Shown piece by piece: positions 25,826-41,307 of a stretch of 64,000 nt of DNA (the stretch's first letter is position 1; every line of letters begins with the position of its first letter). A program made the translations under genes and the position numbers. The notes beneath the pieces were generated by a model, which worked only from the letters and a program-made list of their open reading frames with translations, was not told where the DNA came from and searched no databases. Source of the stretch: Sphyrna mokarran (lineage: Eukaryota); contig JAGIQG010000001.1 in assembly GCA_024679065.1 (NCBI GenBank), positions 148,924,001 to 148,988,000 on the forward strand, in the 5' to 3' direction.

Positions 25826-28800
25826 TTGTGTAATTTTATGTTAATCAGGCTTTAATTTGCTGTGTTTAAAAACCACACCATAATGGAACACAACAGCACA
25901 TAAATCTTTGGATTTGGGAATGTATCATTGGGCTGTTCAGCTTTTTGGGTCTTGTTAAAGGACCATCTTTTACTCATTTATGACAATGAGGCAGTAATCG
26001 CTAACATCCAGCAATGCTATTCCTCTGTTTTAAATTTATTTTCTTTTTTATTGCAAATAAAGAAACCTCATCAGCATGCAAACTTTAAAGATAAAAAGCG
26101 GAACAGAAAGCGGAGGATATAAATGAAAACATAAGATGCTAGAAAAGTACAGCAAGCCCATCAGCAGATGAATACAACAAGAAAGCAGCAGATTATTTCA
26201 GTTAATGGTAACCTGTCTTTTATTTCTTCAGACACTCATAGACCTATGCCACATTTCCATCATTTTCTGATTTTGTTTTTAAAATTGAAAGCACTAGTTT
26301 CCTTGACAAGGAAGCTTCACCATCAGTGTTCCAATTCATAGTTCTGCTAATCTTTAACACTTTGTATTTATCTATTTTTGTTGGGCTTTATTTTGAAATC
26401 TCTTTCCCAATTCTGCTCCCTTTTGAGTTAGCTGGTCTTGGCTAGGGTATACAATTCCATGAGCATCAGCTGCCATTTGGTACTTTGCCAATGCAATAGA
26501 CCTCCATGAGTGAGCAGTGATGGTCAGTAAGCCATTTCATCACAACGGAACCCAGAGTTGTCCTTATCCTATTCGGACACACGTTCACTTTCCCATTGGC
26601 TACGGATGAGGAGTGGAAACATGGCTGAGTTCTCCCTATTGGACTCGAGAGACAAACGCTAATTGTGGTGCAATTACTGCAATTCTGGCTGAGATCACCG
26701 GAAGGGATCAATTCTTGGACACGTTTTGTATGTTGTCCCACAATACTTCTGTAAATGAATAACTTAAAACTTTTTTTTTAAACAGATCACAGAATCTAAT
26801 CATGTGAGGTTTGATATACGTAACTAGAATTTCACAGTTACTGAATCAGCTAATGACTGTAATTACTGATGAAAGCTCAACTCACTCATACTTTTGGCAT
26901 ATAAATTTTACTGGATGAGCAACTTGTTAAGATATCAAATGTTTCCCACAAACCAAAGTATCAGAGCATCCTTCAAAACCAACTGAAATAATTTGATGCT
27001 TCTCATGTCTGAGTAAGCTGATATAATGTGCGGTGATTTGGTTTTCAACCATAAAGACCAGGAAGTGACAGTTTTATTCCCTATCTGTTTTCAGTTAGTT
27101 AATCCCATTAGCTCCCAATTGGGATGCCCTGAAAGGATTTGTAGGAGCTATGGGGGGAATGAGAAGGAGAGTTCTTCTTTGCAGTTGCTGATCTGCTTGA
27201 GCGGACCTGAGGTGAGCCAGAATTAAGCCTAGCAATATTGCCTTGATGTGCCATAAATTATTGCACAAGACACATGAAAAGTCGACATTTGAGTAAGATA
27301 TCAGAAAGTCATTACCACATTCACAGTGGTACCTGATAATAGTTCCACGTGTTTCCATTGCATGGTCAATAATCAGTTGGAAATTCTTATCTCTTGATGG
27401 CCATGTGGGAATTATCATAAATTTAAAATTAATTTGCTGTTCCTTAATTTACCAACTTAATTGGTCTTTGTAGCTTTCAAGTGCCATTTGAAATGTGAAT
27501 GTATAAATGGATAAGATTCAGAGTTGATGATTTATTTTGTCACAGCTGCTAATTTCAGAATGAAATACAAATTTAATATAGATGCAGATCATTTAAAAAC
27601 ATCTTGTAATTATGGACAGAACAAGGCTTTTGACCTTTGTTAATGAAGGAGATGGGATTTTCTTTTGTATGCATCAAAAAAAAAATCTGCTTTGCATTTC
27701 AGTAAGAGAGACAAAGGAATCTGGGGGAATTTGATGGTTCGGAATAAAAGGGGAGAAATGAACTGCGTTGAAATGTTCCTTAAAGTGGGCCGATTCCTCG
27801 TAATCTGCGTATTGTAACTGCTCAGATATTATGATGCTGGCCACAGATGGCCTATTTTCACTGCAGACTCCACCCAGTGGATAACTGGATGATAAGTATG
27901 ACTAATATCAAGCAAAGTCCTAATAAAATAAAGATGAATGCCCAAAGGCTTCAGAATTAAATTGAAATGTGGGTAAATGGGGAAAAAAGAATAAAAACAC
28001 TTGCAATTTAATTTTTAGCCAACACATGCCTTCTGTGTTCAGATTTTTAATTCCCCAGTGGTGCGAGTGTATTAACCTTTGCAAACAGTGATTCTCAGAT
28101 GTCAAAAAAGCAGAATTTCATGAGAGATGAACACTGATGTCATGGTTGGTTGCAAACATGGTAGAACTCATCCGGTACTGATTTCAAATGCAAAATACAT
28201 GCTTTTCCTCAGCAAAGAGGAATTGCACAGCACTGTTTTCTTGCCAAACTTTCTGTTTGCCAGTCCCATGTGCTGCCATGTTTTTCTCTTGTATGAAAAT
28301 CATGGTTCCCTTGGTTGTTGAGGTTTTCTCTGGTAATATAGGCATTATCTTTCCATTACTTAACACCAGTCAAATGCTCATCCAGCTTTCCTTTTTGATC
28401 CCTTTGCCTGGCTGTCCATTTTTGATAAAGAGAAAGCTTATTTCAAACAAAATTGGATATAAAACAATTCCCTAATAATTTTTTGACACTTCCTTGTCTC
28501 AAATAGCTGCTTCAGGGGTTCATTTGTTCATTAACAATTGGAGATTAATTTAATGTAGTTACCATATTGAGTTCTATATTATTGTAAAATATGATTAACT
28601 GCTCTATATAATATATATTAGGTTCTCCTATTGTTTTGCTAAGTGTGTAGAATAATGGGAACAAATTGCTTGTCTCAGAGGACTGGACTCTAATAAACAG
28701 AGTACAATACCACTCTTTTAGAAAAATGCCTGTCAAAAACTAATATGAACAAGGCTTCCAATATTTCAAATATTGGTGCAAGCCAGATGAAATACATCTT

Positions 28801-30109
28801 CTGATGATTCTGACTGACTGAAAATACAAGTCTAGTTTAAACTGAGAAGCAACAATTAGAACCTCAGGTGCAAATGACAGCCCTGTATCTGGACTGTTTA
28901 TTAATTCTGAGCATGGTCCTGAGATTAGGACATAAACAGAAGCTAAGAATCTGGAACACATAAGCATCTAGACTTTCCAGTCGTAGATTCGAAAGGAGTA
29001 AAGTAACTTGCTTAAAGTGCCACTAATAGACAGGAATCAGCTTGAAACTCACACTGCCAGAGGCACCTACAAATTCTAGTAGAATGGTTTGAATTATAGA
29101 CTCAAAAAAACAAACCAAATGGTCGGAATCCAAGACACGCAAAGGTCACAATAATATCAGTTCAATCCAATTTTTAAAAAAAGTAAAAACAAAATGTGGA
29201 ATCAAAATGTGAATAGATTTAAAGAGACTGCGGAGCTTGACAGTAAGGCAATTCCACTGGAGAACAGAGCCAACAGCTGACAAAGGTTTGCAGCAACAAA
29301 AATATTATTGCTCTGGGAATAGCACATACCACAAGAAAACCAAAAAGATTTCCAAAACCAGTCAAAACTTTTTGATAAAAGTCTGCTGAAGAGCATATCT
29401 TTATGTGCATGATCCAATGCAGTGAGGAAGTTTGGTGACAGAATATGTCCACTGAATAATCAGAAAAGCTGCACATCCAGTGTAACTCTTATTAATTTTA
29501 AAGAATTTAGAAATCAGAAGTTAATCGTAGATAAACCTCTGGATTAGAATTTGCATAACAGGTTTTAGTGAAATCATTCATGTGGCATTTTCCTTTAATT
29601 ATTTTAAATTCCTTTAATTCCTTTAATTATTCTGGCAATTATGCACATGTAAACCAGTTGGGTAGTGGAACAGCCTGCACTCAAATCTACAGAGACATTG
29701 ACCTCCCTGCTCTATTCATGGCACTCATGTTTTAGATATTGCAGCTTACACATCTACATTTGAGTGTGCTCCATGCTGAATATATGCACAAAGATGCACC
29801 CACATCAGGATACCAAAATTGTACTACAGATTCTGGCAATACCAGAGTTGTCTGTACTTAAAGATAGCGTGACGAAACAAGTTGGGCCCTGCAGAAGTAT
29901 CATTTAAAGGCCAGACACCCAGCTGTAGATAAGTAAAATTTATTGAACACCTTCCACTGGAAAATATTTGAAAGTAGTCAGGAGTGTTATAGAAGTGTTT
30001 TATCATCTTTGCTGCTGGAGTGTTGCTGCATCTTTACAGGAATGGCAGAGAAGTAGGTGACCTGTTCTTTCTCTCACACGTTGCAAAAGGTATGTTGCAT
30101 TAATAACAG

Positions 30110-32180
30110 TGGGCTGGATTTTCAAGACTTCCCTCACAGTCTTCTGAGAGGTGGCTTCCTAACTGACTGCTTCCATGCTTGCCATCCAGTTAAGGGCAAT
30201 GAACCAGTCCATTGATGCTGCTGGCTCAATCAGAGGCTTGGTAACTTAGGCTCTTTGACAGGGAAATGAGTGTTACTGTTGGAGATCACAAGGGCACGTC
30301 AACATGAAAGTAACTCACTGGCTAACACACAACTGTCACATGGAAGACCCTGTGAAGCTGGTACAGACATTGGCATGGAGTAAAAACTCTTCTGCAGATT
30401 TGGGCACAGGCACTTTTGTGGTCTTTCCTGTATTGATCTGCATTCAGGCATGTGGCCTCCAGTGCTAACGATCCCTGGCTGCCTCTGATTTGTTGGTGGT
30501 CTCCACACAAGGCAGAGGAGCTGCTCTGCTTGTGAGAAAATTCCAGCGACATTACAAAAATGGCTTCTGATTGGGTCTTTTAACCATTCTAATTGGTTCA
30601 TGCCTCATTGTAGTATACAACCAATCCTGCTATCAGCCTAACTCTGAGAATTGCATTTTGGCTCCAACCCTATCTCCATCAATTGGCAGGTTGCTGGGGA
30701 GATGGAGCAGAAGTTATGCAAAGAGCAAGCTCTGTGCAGTGCCCTTTGTCATGGAACCAGGGTACTCCCTGCTGCTTTCTGTAGAAGTGGCAAATGAAAC
30801 ATTCTGTATATCTGGGCTCCCTCAATCCTTGTGCCGAGCTGACTCACCATCTGCTGATCCCACCTCGATACTCAACTTGAAGGCCTGTCCAGTATCCAGA
30901 TTTGAGTTGATGATCGCAACTGTCAGTTCAAGTGGCAAGGACCCTTCATCAGTCGTGTACTCTTGCTTTCTCTCTTTCACCAGGAACTAATGTGGCTGGG
31001 CAAGTGACAGTCCTTAAGTGTCTGAAAACAGGAAATCAGGAAGGGTAGGTTGGAGTGAGGAAGAGTTGGGTTGAAGAAAGGTCATGGATGGAAAGCAAGT
31101 GGTCCGTGATCACACCATCTACAATTTTCTCATCATGTTGCTAGCAGGCTGAGGTTGTATTGAGGAATTGAAAAAAGATGTAATGCAGGAAGATGCCATG
31201 ACCTTGGTGTTCCCAGTGATGTTGTGAGGCCCATCGCAGTCAGCTGTGTCACAATGCTGAAAGCCTTCTTTATAGGGATCAAGAGATGTAATCATCCTTG
31301 TCCCTGTTGGCTTTGCTCTGTTTGTTCATTATGTGCTATCTTATCCTGCAATGGAGAAGACAGAATGTCAGTGGTATAGCACTGTGCTTGGTGATGTGCC
31401 TGCCCGTGGCTGGAGGCTATTGCAGGTTGTGAAAAGTGTGTATGAGGCATTTTGTGGATATATGGTTAAGTTGGAATACTTGAATGTTAGGCTGAGTACA
31501 TAATGCTCATGAGTGTTGCTGGGTTAATGATGTAGATGTGGTGCACTGTGTGGCATGAACGGCTGTTGGAGCAGAGGTTATGTGAAGATTCATTCACTGA
31601 CATTGACTCCTGCATGATGTTGTTAATAAGGGTCTGTGCTGCCAGGCCCTCTGTATTAATACAGCAGTTGACCCTGCTGATGGTCTTCTGACACTTTCTT
31701 CTGAGGGCAGTTCTTGAGGCTCCCTCCCCAAGGAAGAATGGCATCTCTGCTCCTGCTCATCTGCAATGCGAATGTCTCTAGTACTGAATCCATCTGGATT
31801 CTCCTGTGGTCCAGGTTTTCATTCTTCAGGAATTTTCAGTTTGGCAGTCTTTTTTCCTCACCTTCCCTCTAAGTAGCAGGCTGCTTGCACCACATGGTTA
31901 GTAAAAACATTGCTGGTATTGCCATCAATCTGTAAACCAGGTTTGCAGAATTGAGAAGACCAATGTTGAATGCCAGATTCCTGTGTTGAAATCATTTGGA
32001 CGTGGTGGGTAGACCAGTCTATCTAGTTCGATTTGAATGGGCGTTGGCAGGTATGCCACAAACTGCATGCCCTCAAAACTTTGTGCCTGGGTCTTCAAGA
32101 GAGATGAGGTAAGTGCAAAAACTGGAAGATGTGCTAAAATTCTGCAGTATAGCAAACGACATGACCCTGAATTTCTGTGT
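30110..32180 (-). mobile_element. Decayed Harbinger-like element including a Myb/SANT-like gene remnant (~31640-31790)
   Basis: TIR-like gggctggattttc at 30110; antisense translation DSVLETFALQMSRSRDAILP / SRTALRRKCQKTISRVN weakly resembles Harbinger Myb/SANT-like proteins. Confidence 0.4.
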
Positions 32181-34367
32181 GATCACCTTCAGTGCTTTCC
32201 ACTATTTCTGAGTTTTCTCTGAAATCTTTTGCTAAAGTTAATGATAAATGATTGGATGAACTCCTGTCAAAATTCAGAGCCCATGCATTTCCATTTCATA
32301 GCACAAAAGTGGACAACACCGAAAATGGTGTTAACACAAAGACAACACTTGGTACAAAGTCTTGGTACAAAAGACTACTTTGTTAATTGGGTTACGAAGA
32401 CAAGGATGAAATAGTATGTCTAAGTTTCACTGTTACTGTGCGTCCTCATGACCAATATCTCACCAATATCAGTGTGACGATTGGGTAGTTTAAACAAAGC
32501 TTTTAAGTGTTAAAATTGTAAGAGATAAAATATCTGGGAAGTGGTAAGCATCGATCAAAGAATCAGGGACATAACATTTTAACCCTATCTCTAACCCACA
32601 TTCTGGCATCATATTAGGTCAACAATATAACAAAACTATTGTCCATGGTGTTAGTAGACCGTCACCATTATTCTGCATTCATAAAATCAAATGATAGGTA
32701 TGTTTGATTATTATAATTCACATTCAGCATACCAAACTTTTATTTTCTTTATTAAGATAATGCTGACAATTGCATAAAACTCCTTGATGGCACTGTTAAG
32801 TGCAGATTCTCTGGTGTTCATGGAAATTTAGGTTTGCGTTATTGAAGTTTTAAATCAGTTAAAGAAGGCATTCAATTGGAAACATGTACAGCTCTGAAGA
32901 TATCTTTGGAACAGTACCATGGCAGCTGTGTTGTAAATGGAAATATATTAAATATGAAGATTCATATCACATTGCGGTACCTCGTCGAATAAAATAATAC
33001 TGAACAAAATAAATATCTGCACGCAGGTATGTAAGTAATAGGATATCACAACAGATGTTACCTATTAAGACTTATACTTGGGGAAATTGGGCTCTTGGTC
33101 AGAATTAATTATTCAGTTATGTAATTGGAATTTCAAATACAGAACTGCTCAGATTTTATGGACAGTGACAAAACAATTAATAAACAATGCGCACAAGCAA
33201 TTTCTGTAGTGTGACTTCCTTTGTCAGTGTCAGTTTGAATCAGTGACCAAGTCAGGGGGATCTCCAGATGTCCAGCAACTTTGATATCATTAGGCAGGGT
33301 AAGCAGCCAATCACACTAAAGTATTCTCATAGATAATAGACCAGAAAGTAAAATTACAGAGCATGAAATAAATGTTGGAACACATGGGATTAAATTAGAA
33401 GCTAAAATGCAATAAGCAAACTTTGTTTCTGAAATAAAAATGAGATTTTCTTAACATTAATAAAAAATTTGATAGTCTACAAATAGAAAATTAATTTTCC
33501 AGAATAAGTGAAGTTTTTCAGCAGTAATTATGAACTTAGATTGTTGTTAAAGATCCAATTACATCTCATTCAACAAAATATAACTTTTTCAAGCATTTTA
33601 ACACTACACTAATATGTTAAAGACAAATTCTCATCTTTCGCTGGTTTCTACTAATTACAGGATAAGGGGACTTTAACAGCATCATACTGCGAAACACAGA
33701 ATTGCTGACAGTAGTTTCTGGATTTCAGCATTTAACTGAACATATTTGGATTCTGGACAGTCTGTTGATGCTGTCGGTTTCAGACAAGTAATGATAGTTA
33801 ACTGATAGTTTCGCTGTAAATTCCAGACCACATACTACTTTCCCATCATAAAACCCATCTTGCCATTTATTACTGTATGTTTTTTAAAATATGTACTCTA
33901 CGTTTGCCTTGAGTGACAGTGTAAACTCAATGATAGAGCATCGGCAGTCTATATTAGACACTGCCTAGGTTTCTTTTCCATTGTGGACCTTGGAGTACTT
34001 TTTTATTGTTCAAGACAAATTTTATCTCAAATCTATTCTAGTTGGTTACCTGTATTAAATCCATTTTGCTTGTTTGTACTGTTAACCTACTTGTCTCTGA
34101 TCTATCATTCACCTAGCGCTTAATTTCTTTATCTTTTATTCAGCATATATTAGTAACTGACCCATCTCATTGGCCACCATTCACACCCCTTCACCCTCAG
34201 CACCACCATATATTATTTGTTGTTACGTATATATGGCAGCAGCAAAAAAAAACTCAAGCATGCAAATTGGTTTTGGCCTCGAGTCCAAAAGAGGCTTGTT
34301 GTGAATTGGCAGCTGATTTTTACTGTGCCAATATGTATTGTCCATTGATTTGGAAAGTAGGAACCAA

Positions 34368-34643
34368 GGCTGCATGTGGTTAGCACTGCTGCCTCGCATA
34401 GCCAGGGGCCTGGGTTCGATTCCCAGCTCGGGTGACTGCGTGGAGTCTGCATATTCTCTCTGTGTCTGCATGGATTTCCTCCCACAATCTGAAAGCCATG
34501 CTGGTTAGGTGCATTGGCCATGCTAAGTTCTCGCTCAATGTGCCTGAACAGGCAGCGGAATGTGGTGACTAGGGGATTTTTACAGTAATTTCATTGCAAG
34601 TGTTAACGTAAGCCTACTTATGACACTTATAAATAAATTTTAA
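34368..34643 (+). mobile_element. V-SINE, second tail type
   Basis: tggttagcactgctgcctc head, B box gggttcgattcc, V core, tail gtaagcctacttatgacacttataaataaa. Confidence 0.9.
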
Positions 34644-37600
34644 AAGAAGATTTTTAATTTTAAACCAAGTAAAGGTGACAAGCAAGAGGTTGAAATGAGT
34701 TTTCAAAAAGGGTTTGAACTTCAGTGGATCAGGTACGATGAAAAACAGCTCTCGATTCACTAATGAGCCTATTTCATGCCGCCGATGCAGACCAATTCTA
34801 ACCCCCCCCCCCACCCTGAATTTCTACACTATTTCATTCTGTAGTATAATGGTGCACTAAATGAGTTAGTAGCATAACAATATATTTTGAATTCCATATT
34901 TAACTAATCCCATTGATTAATGTAAGCCTTGATATATACATTTCACTTTTGTGTGTTTTGATTTCTTTATGTTGTATTAGTACAAGGAGAATGACTTTAT
35001 ACTGTTATTTACTAAACTAAGAAATATGCATTGGATTAAGCAATTATTCACCAGACTTTGTGGGGATTCTAAGGGCTGAGCTTTGTAATTGTTAGCTACA
35101 CATTCGGGGAACTTTCTTTATCTTAAATCTTCCAATTGTACAATCTGTCATTAGCTGGCAATGGGTGATCATTTAGTCTATTGCACTGTTAACTCAATGA
35201 ACCTGCTTAACCTTTGATGGAAAGGTGTAAGGCAAGTAGAGCATCTGTTAGAAAACATATTTAAAGTTCACAGTTGTTTCAGCATTACATTTTTACATCA
35301 AGATCTGCTAACCTATTGCCACAAATCTGTTGCACTTACTTACCTTCTTCATAGCACATTTGCAGTTAATCTATATCTGGTTGTAATTTTACACTCCTAT
35401 CTATTTACAATGCATCTAGCTTGGTGTCATAGTTTGAATGCGTAGTTCAGCTTACGATACAACTTACTCAGATCTCTGCCCTTGGATAATGTCACATGAT
35501 TCAAAGCACTAGTGAGCATTACTGTCTGAAAGCTAATGGAACAATTTGATTGATTTCTGAAAGCTGCTGCGGTTTATTTTCACTGGTTAGGATCAACAAA
35601 ATGACATGGAGACAGGGATGTGTCAACGGTGTCGTGGTGTCTTGTACCAAAGCTCAGCGACGTGGAATTGACACTTATGACCCCTGTTAACCACACAGTC
35701 AGTTGCCAGGTCAGCTGCTGTGTTGGGAGAGTTTTGGGGAAGGAAGGGTGACTCAGATCGGGATGTTGGCACATAACTCCCTGTAACCAGAAACAGAGTG
35801 GTACTGGGTTAGGCCGGCACATTTGCCAAGCCGCTTTGTTGAGGCATGATGAAAGAGAGAAATAAAATTAAAAACAGCATTTTAGACGAAAAAATACTGC
35901 AAAATGTTCAGAGATGTGGAGCTGGTTTTTTTTGTTACTTCCTGGCCTTTCTACCATGGAATTTCATGAGTCAGCTACATAGTCCATATGATGTAAATTT
36001 GCAACTGTAGCATAAATTGGGCCTTTACTGTGGTAATGCGAACCCTCCTTTAACTTAGTTTGTTGGAGAAAGTCTTTGGATGTTACTATGAGTCATTTTT
36101 GATGTAGTCAGCATCTTTAGAACTGTGGCTACCCTCATATTTGAGCAATGATTGTGATTTCTGGAAGAATAATATGAAATAAGTCATGAGTGACTGCAGA
36201 CGTTCCTTTATTACTTCTGCGGATTATTTTGAGAACTTACATTTTGTAGTCAAAATGATGTGGCAAAGAACACTTGGTACAGTAGGAAATTTGATCAGTT
36301 TGGTTAAGGAAGTCAAGAGCAAAAAGAAGAACGCTACTTTTAAGTTATCATTTCCTTCTCAAGTCTGTAGTAGTCTCCAAACTCCTCTCTGCTGCTTGTA
36401 TGTTAAGCAGATCACTTAACCACTAATTGTTTGCAGTACCATTCTGCACTGGCCACTGGAAAGTGCATAATTTTTCAGAAGTTTTTTTTTCCCAACATTT
36501 TTCTTGCAATTTGGAAAAACTGCCAGGATATGGTGCGTTGAAAGCTATAGACTCAAGACTTGGTGGAGTGCCTGTCACTTTCTTGCCTTCCTCCAATTCA
36601 GTGAAGGACAGATAAGTTTGAAGATGGCTTTCACACCTAGAGGCCAGTTGAGGCCCTTGTGCAGCCAATCAATGAATAACTGCTGGTAAAAGCTGGCAGT
36701 TCTCTATTTGTGGGAGTACTCTAGTGTGGGCACCCTGTGGCACAGCGAAGGCCTCCAGCTGTCCTCTCAAGAAAACTCCCTTTTCCACTTCCCTCAAAAA
36801 ATGTTCTTTCATTTGACTCTGCCCAAACACTTGGCTTCATTTTGAGGCCACCTTAATGTGGTTGGTGCTGACTGTAATTGGAACACTTTTGGGACTATGG
36901 AGCTGCCAGGCTGCTATTTTGCCAGCAGTTCTTTAAGATTTCCATCCTTAAAGGGATAGAAGCCCCGATTAACATAATGGGCGTAGGTGCTCCTGGAAGT
37001 GACCACATCTGGGTTGCTCCCATCTTTCTTGTTGGTGGACAGGTCTGTCACAAGCGGTCATTAAATTCAATCTGTTGAGTAGAAGCATGAAGAACCAAAC
37101 TCAGTGAAATGCACAATGCTCCACTACTCATCATATGTTTTACCAAAATTGTCATGCCCCTGTAAACTTTAGACTCATGGAATTGCATCATCGTTAAACT
37201 AGGATTTGAAGTAACACTGAGCAGTAGAATAATAGAAGGAATGATTTGGTGATGTCTGCATTGCTAGGTGGGAGCATGCACCAGAACCTCTCAAGGATAC
37301 TTTAAGGTTGGATAGTATTTTGATTGATTAAGAATAGTTTATTTGTGCCTGTGTTAACAAATTCAGAAATAAATAATTAGCATTTAAGTCCAAAGATTAA
37401 TTTTTGATTCTTGAAGAGCTTCTGTATATGTAAAAATGACGCAAGGACAATCTACAGATTGAGATTTATTTTTTTTAAACATTGATCGTTGAGTGCCAAA
37501 TTTGCTCAGAGAAGAGGACTTTGGTAGCTTCATCAAGATGTGACACTGGTTAGAACAATGAGGTAATTTATTGCCAGCTGGAGACACCACTTTATCAGCC

Positions 37601-40600
37601 CAGCTTGGTGTTCTTGTAATAGTTTTACATTGCTGCTGATCCGATCCCCATACAGCTTTGTAAAAATTGTCTCTATAAATGTTGTAATTTTCCAGCATTG
37701 AGATTTCCACTTGGTCTGTGTTAAATGCTGTGAGAATACAGAACATTTATTGTGTCTCAGATTTCTGCTTTCAGGCATTAATAAGTGTTACGCCCTCTCC
37801 TCGTTTAATTTGACTGAAATGCATCTCAGTTTCTTTCGATGTTTCCCTGTTTCCTTTATGTATTTCATTCAGGAACAGATATATAAATACTGAAAGCTTG
37901 TTCAGAATGACACCAATAACCATGTTAATTTACTAGATGAAAACTCTGGACTTTGTTTGATTCAGGAGTTTTCATTATTTTGCTCAGATTCATAGTTTTG
38001 TGCCTTAATGAACTCCAGTGACTAGGCAAACTTCATACAGAACAAAGTGGTATGATTATTTAGAATGTTACAAATTTTCTCAATTATGAGCAGGATCACC
38101 AACAAAATAGGACGTACAGAAAAAATGGAAGAATGAAGGCTAATTGTTAATCTATTTCCTTCTGCCAAACATAAGGAAAGATTTCCTTTGTGCAATATGT
38201 AAAATATTGTAAACCCCTTCATAAAGATTATAAATATTATAATCTGGAGATACGTGATAGTGGAAATCTGCTCTTTGCTTATTTAAGAAAATGAAATGAC
38301 TACACCTGATGCGGTATAATTTTACCAAAAATCTACATGTATGTTAGTTGTTGCCACGGTACTTAAACATTAACGAGAGATTTTGAGGCAGTTACACGAT
38401 AATGTAACGGAGCTTGTCGCTGTTTTGGGAAAATAGAGAAAATTTCAATGGAGCATTGGCTCATGAACTTAAAGCTCTGATTGAAGCCAGACTGTGAAGT
38501 AATATTTCACAGAAAGATTCTCTATAATAACCTTATGAATGAGGGCAAAGTGCTATGGGCAAACGTTGTCATGCAAAATACTACCAGGACTTGAATACGT
38601 AATATCATAGAAGGAAAACACCAAGCGTTTAACCCTGGCAGTCATTGGCTGTTTTTAAAGCATATAACCAATTGCCAAAGTTTACTAGCATCTCTTTTCA
38701 TAGAAGTTAGGATCATGTAATTTTTCAGAGCAATATAATTGTTCTTTTTTTTAAATTTGATTTTATTTCATAGCCACTAGGTCCAAACTGAGTCACGTAG
38801 AAACACAAGCCAGAGAATACCTAGTAAAGTCCTTAGACCATGTTTTCAAAAAGACACAGAATCACACATAATGCAGCTGCAGCTATTGATTGACAGGACA
38901 GTGTCCTTAAAGCAGTAGTCCTGCTGTTTTAAACTTGTTTTCTCTGCTGTCGGCAATGTATAGCAAGCGGTCTCTGCTGTGTGTCCAACAAACCTAAAGT
39001 GGGATAATAAAAGCTGTCTTGCCATTGAGTCGATCTTTTGAAAGATTTGAAAGGGAAGTAGAAAGCAGCTGTGATAGTGTTCACACAAACCTAGCATGGT
39101 GGTCTGCCAGTAGAACCAACAGGATACTAACTAAAGAAGAAAAATCAGCAACATTTGCAATCCTGATCAGAGATATGGACAAGTAAACTGAGTTCTTTCT
39201 ACCAAATTATTAACTTATGATATAGTGGATTGATGCTGCATTTCCCTTAAATTGTTTCATGAAAGCGTACAATTTGCAAGTTATCACCAGGGACTGGACC
39301 TACAATTATAGGAGCCAGAGTTCATGTCCTATCGATGTGTTTACTCACAAAGGGCACTGCCCCACAACTTGGGGGCTGTCTCTTAAAATTGATGCAGCTG
39401 TGGATTGGTGTGAGATTATGTGTCAGACAATGTTTGTAAAAAGCTATAAATTAATGAAGTGGCAGAGCTGGGAATTTCCTGCCTGTAGCATTACTGGCAA
39501 CTCCTCAGCATATTTCTGGGATTATAGTTTTCGTCTACAGTGGTAACAGAAATGCTTTTGAAGTCAGTTAATCTTTGCCTTTGACAAATCATCGGTTGTT
39601 TCTAAGTGGATTGTTAGAAAAGCACGAAAAACAATCCAACTTCAAAAGATACAGAAGTAACAGACGTTCCTTTTTGTAATCACAGGTCAGTGAAAGGAAA
39701 ATGGAAAAAAAAACTCAGTGATTTGGGAAAAGGGGGAATTTCTGATTGCAAACTGAGATATCAGAACGTCAGTGATTTCTTTGTGACGTTCTGCCATTGT
39801 TCATCTGTGTTATGGCGAGGAAGATTTGAACTACTTTTCAAAGAATGACAATCCCTGAAAGTTTTGAAATCAAAATCACAATTTTAAACAGATTTTAGAA
39901 TCTTTTGCATCACAGTATCTGGTATAATCCTATTTTCAAATTTTGTAGTTGATCACAAGTCTGATGCTTCAGATGATGCCATGAAAAGACATTGCTGCGG
40001 AAACAGCTTCAGTGATTCGAGCTTGTTATCTAGTGTTCTTGACTGTTATCACAATCTGACTGCCGCTGCCTTCTTTCCCCCACAAAACAACATGACATTT
40101 TTAAGCACCAACCATGTTGTCGCTGACTTTGATGGTTGATTACTCCTAGAGATGATACTTTATTCAAGATTTTCTTTTGTTTGCCTGTAGTTTATCAGAA
40201 AGTTTAGTTTTGAATAGTTTAGCTCTGTTGGAAGGTTGCACTTTTAAGACCCCTGTTACACTGATGAACTTCAGATGGATTGAGTTGCTGTATTTGATTC
40301 AAACCAACGCAAGCAGCCAGCAGCTGCAATTTGTCATCCTGACCAAACTCAATGTTTGAAGCATTAATTCAAGGAATAGTATCCTTTTTGCAGCTCATGC
40401 AAGTTTTATGTCAGGCTAATACTGTACAAATAAGATTGATATGACCTCTCTAGACTAACACATTAGCCCAACTGGACAGATTCCCATCTGTTTTTGTTTA
40501 TTTCTCTTTCCAAAAATTTCATTTTTGCTTTGTTTTGGATTGATGTTGCTTTCGCAACAGAGGAGACTCCTGCACTTAAAAATTATGATTAGCCTAAACA

Positions 40601-41307
40601 TTGTGCTTGTAATCACATGGCCAAGTCATTATGGAATGGCTCACTGCCTTACTCAGGAGAGGCTTTGAGGAGCTTTTATAACCCTCAGTTTAATGATGTG
40701 GGGAAAGGAGCACATTTGACTTTGGAAAGACTTAAAAAAAATATCCATCATTATAGGGAGGTAAGGTAGGAATTAAATTCATTACCAAAACAAAGATACT
40801 TTGCATTGTACAGTTGGCTAGTCCTATTAAAGAAATAGATCATCTGATATTGACAGAGACTACCTCTCAGAACATACATGCACTGTTGTCAGTTTCCTTG
40901 TTATACTGCTGGATGGTCAGTGAATAAATATGATCTGTGAAAGAATAGGAACCTTTCCATCAAAGGTCTGTTTCCAATAGCACATCTAAGCACTATGGGT
41001 GGTCTGTCATCAGTGTTCACACAGCCTACTGATTGGGAAATCAGAACCTCATATTCCTTGATTTTCTGTCCATAGTATAAATGGACTCTTGCCAGGATGT
41101 GTTGCAGTGCCAGCTGTTCCCAATGTAGCCTGTACAGTGTGCCCAAATGAGAAGAGCAGCTTTGTGAATGTTCTGAGAATGTCGGAGGTCTATGAAGGAA
41201 GTTATCCTGCTGTTACGTAGCCCATCTGAGTATTGCACCACCAAGATCCATTAACTTTGACCATGCAGATCCAGATTGCAAATTTGTATATCAGTGTGCA
41301 AACCAAA

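Noticed and set aside
26867-26885. Additional CTGATGA hammerhead cores (also ~16255, ~40261, ~49873)
   Set aside because: No stem II plus GAAA and no closing stem I.
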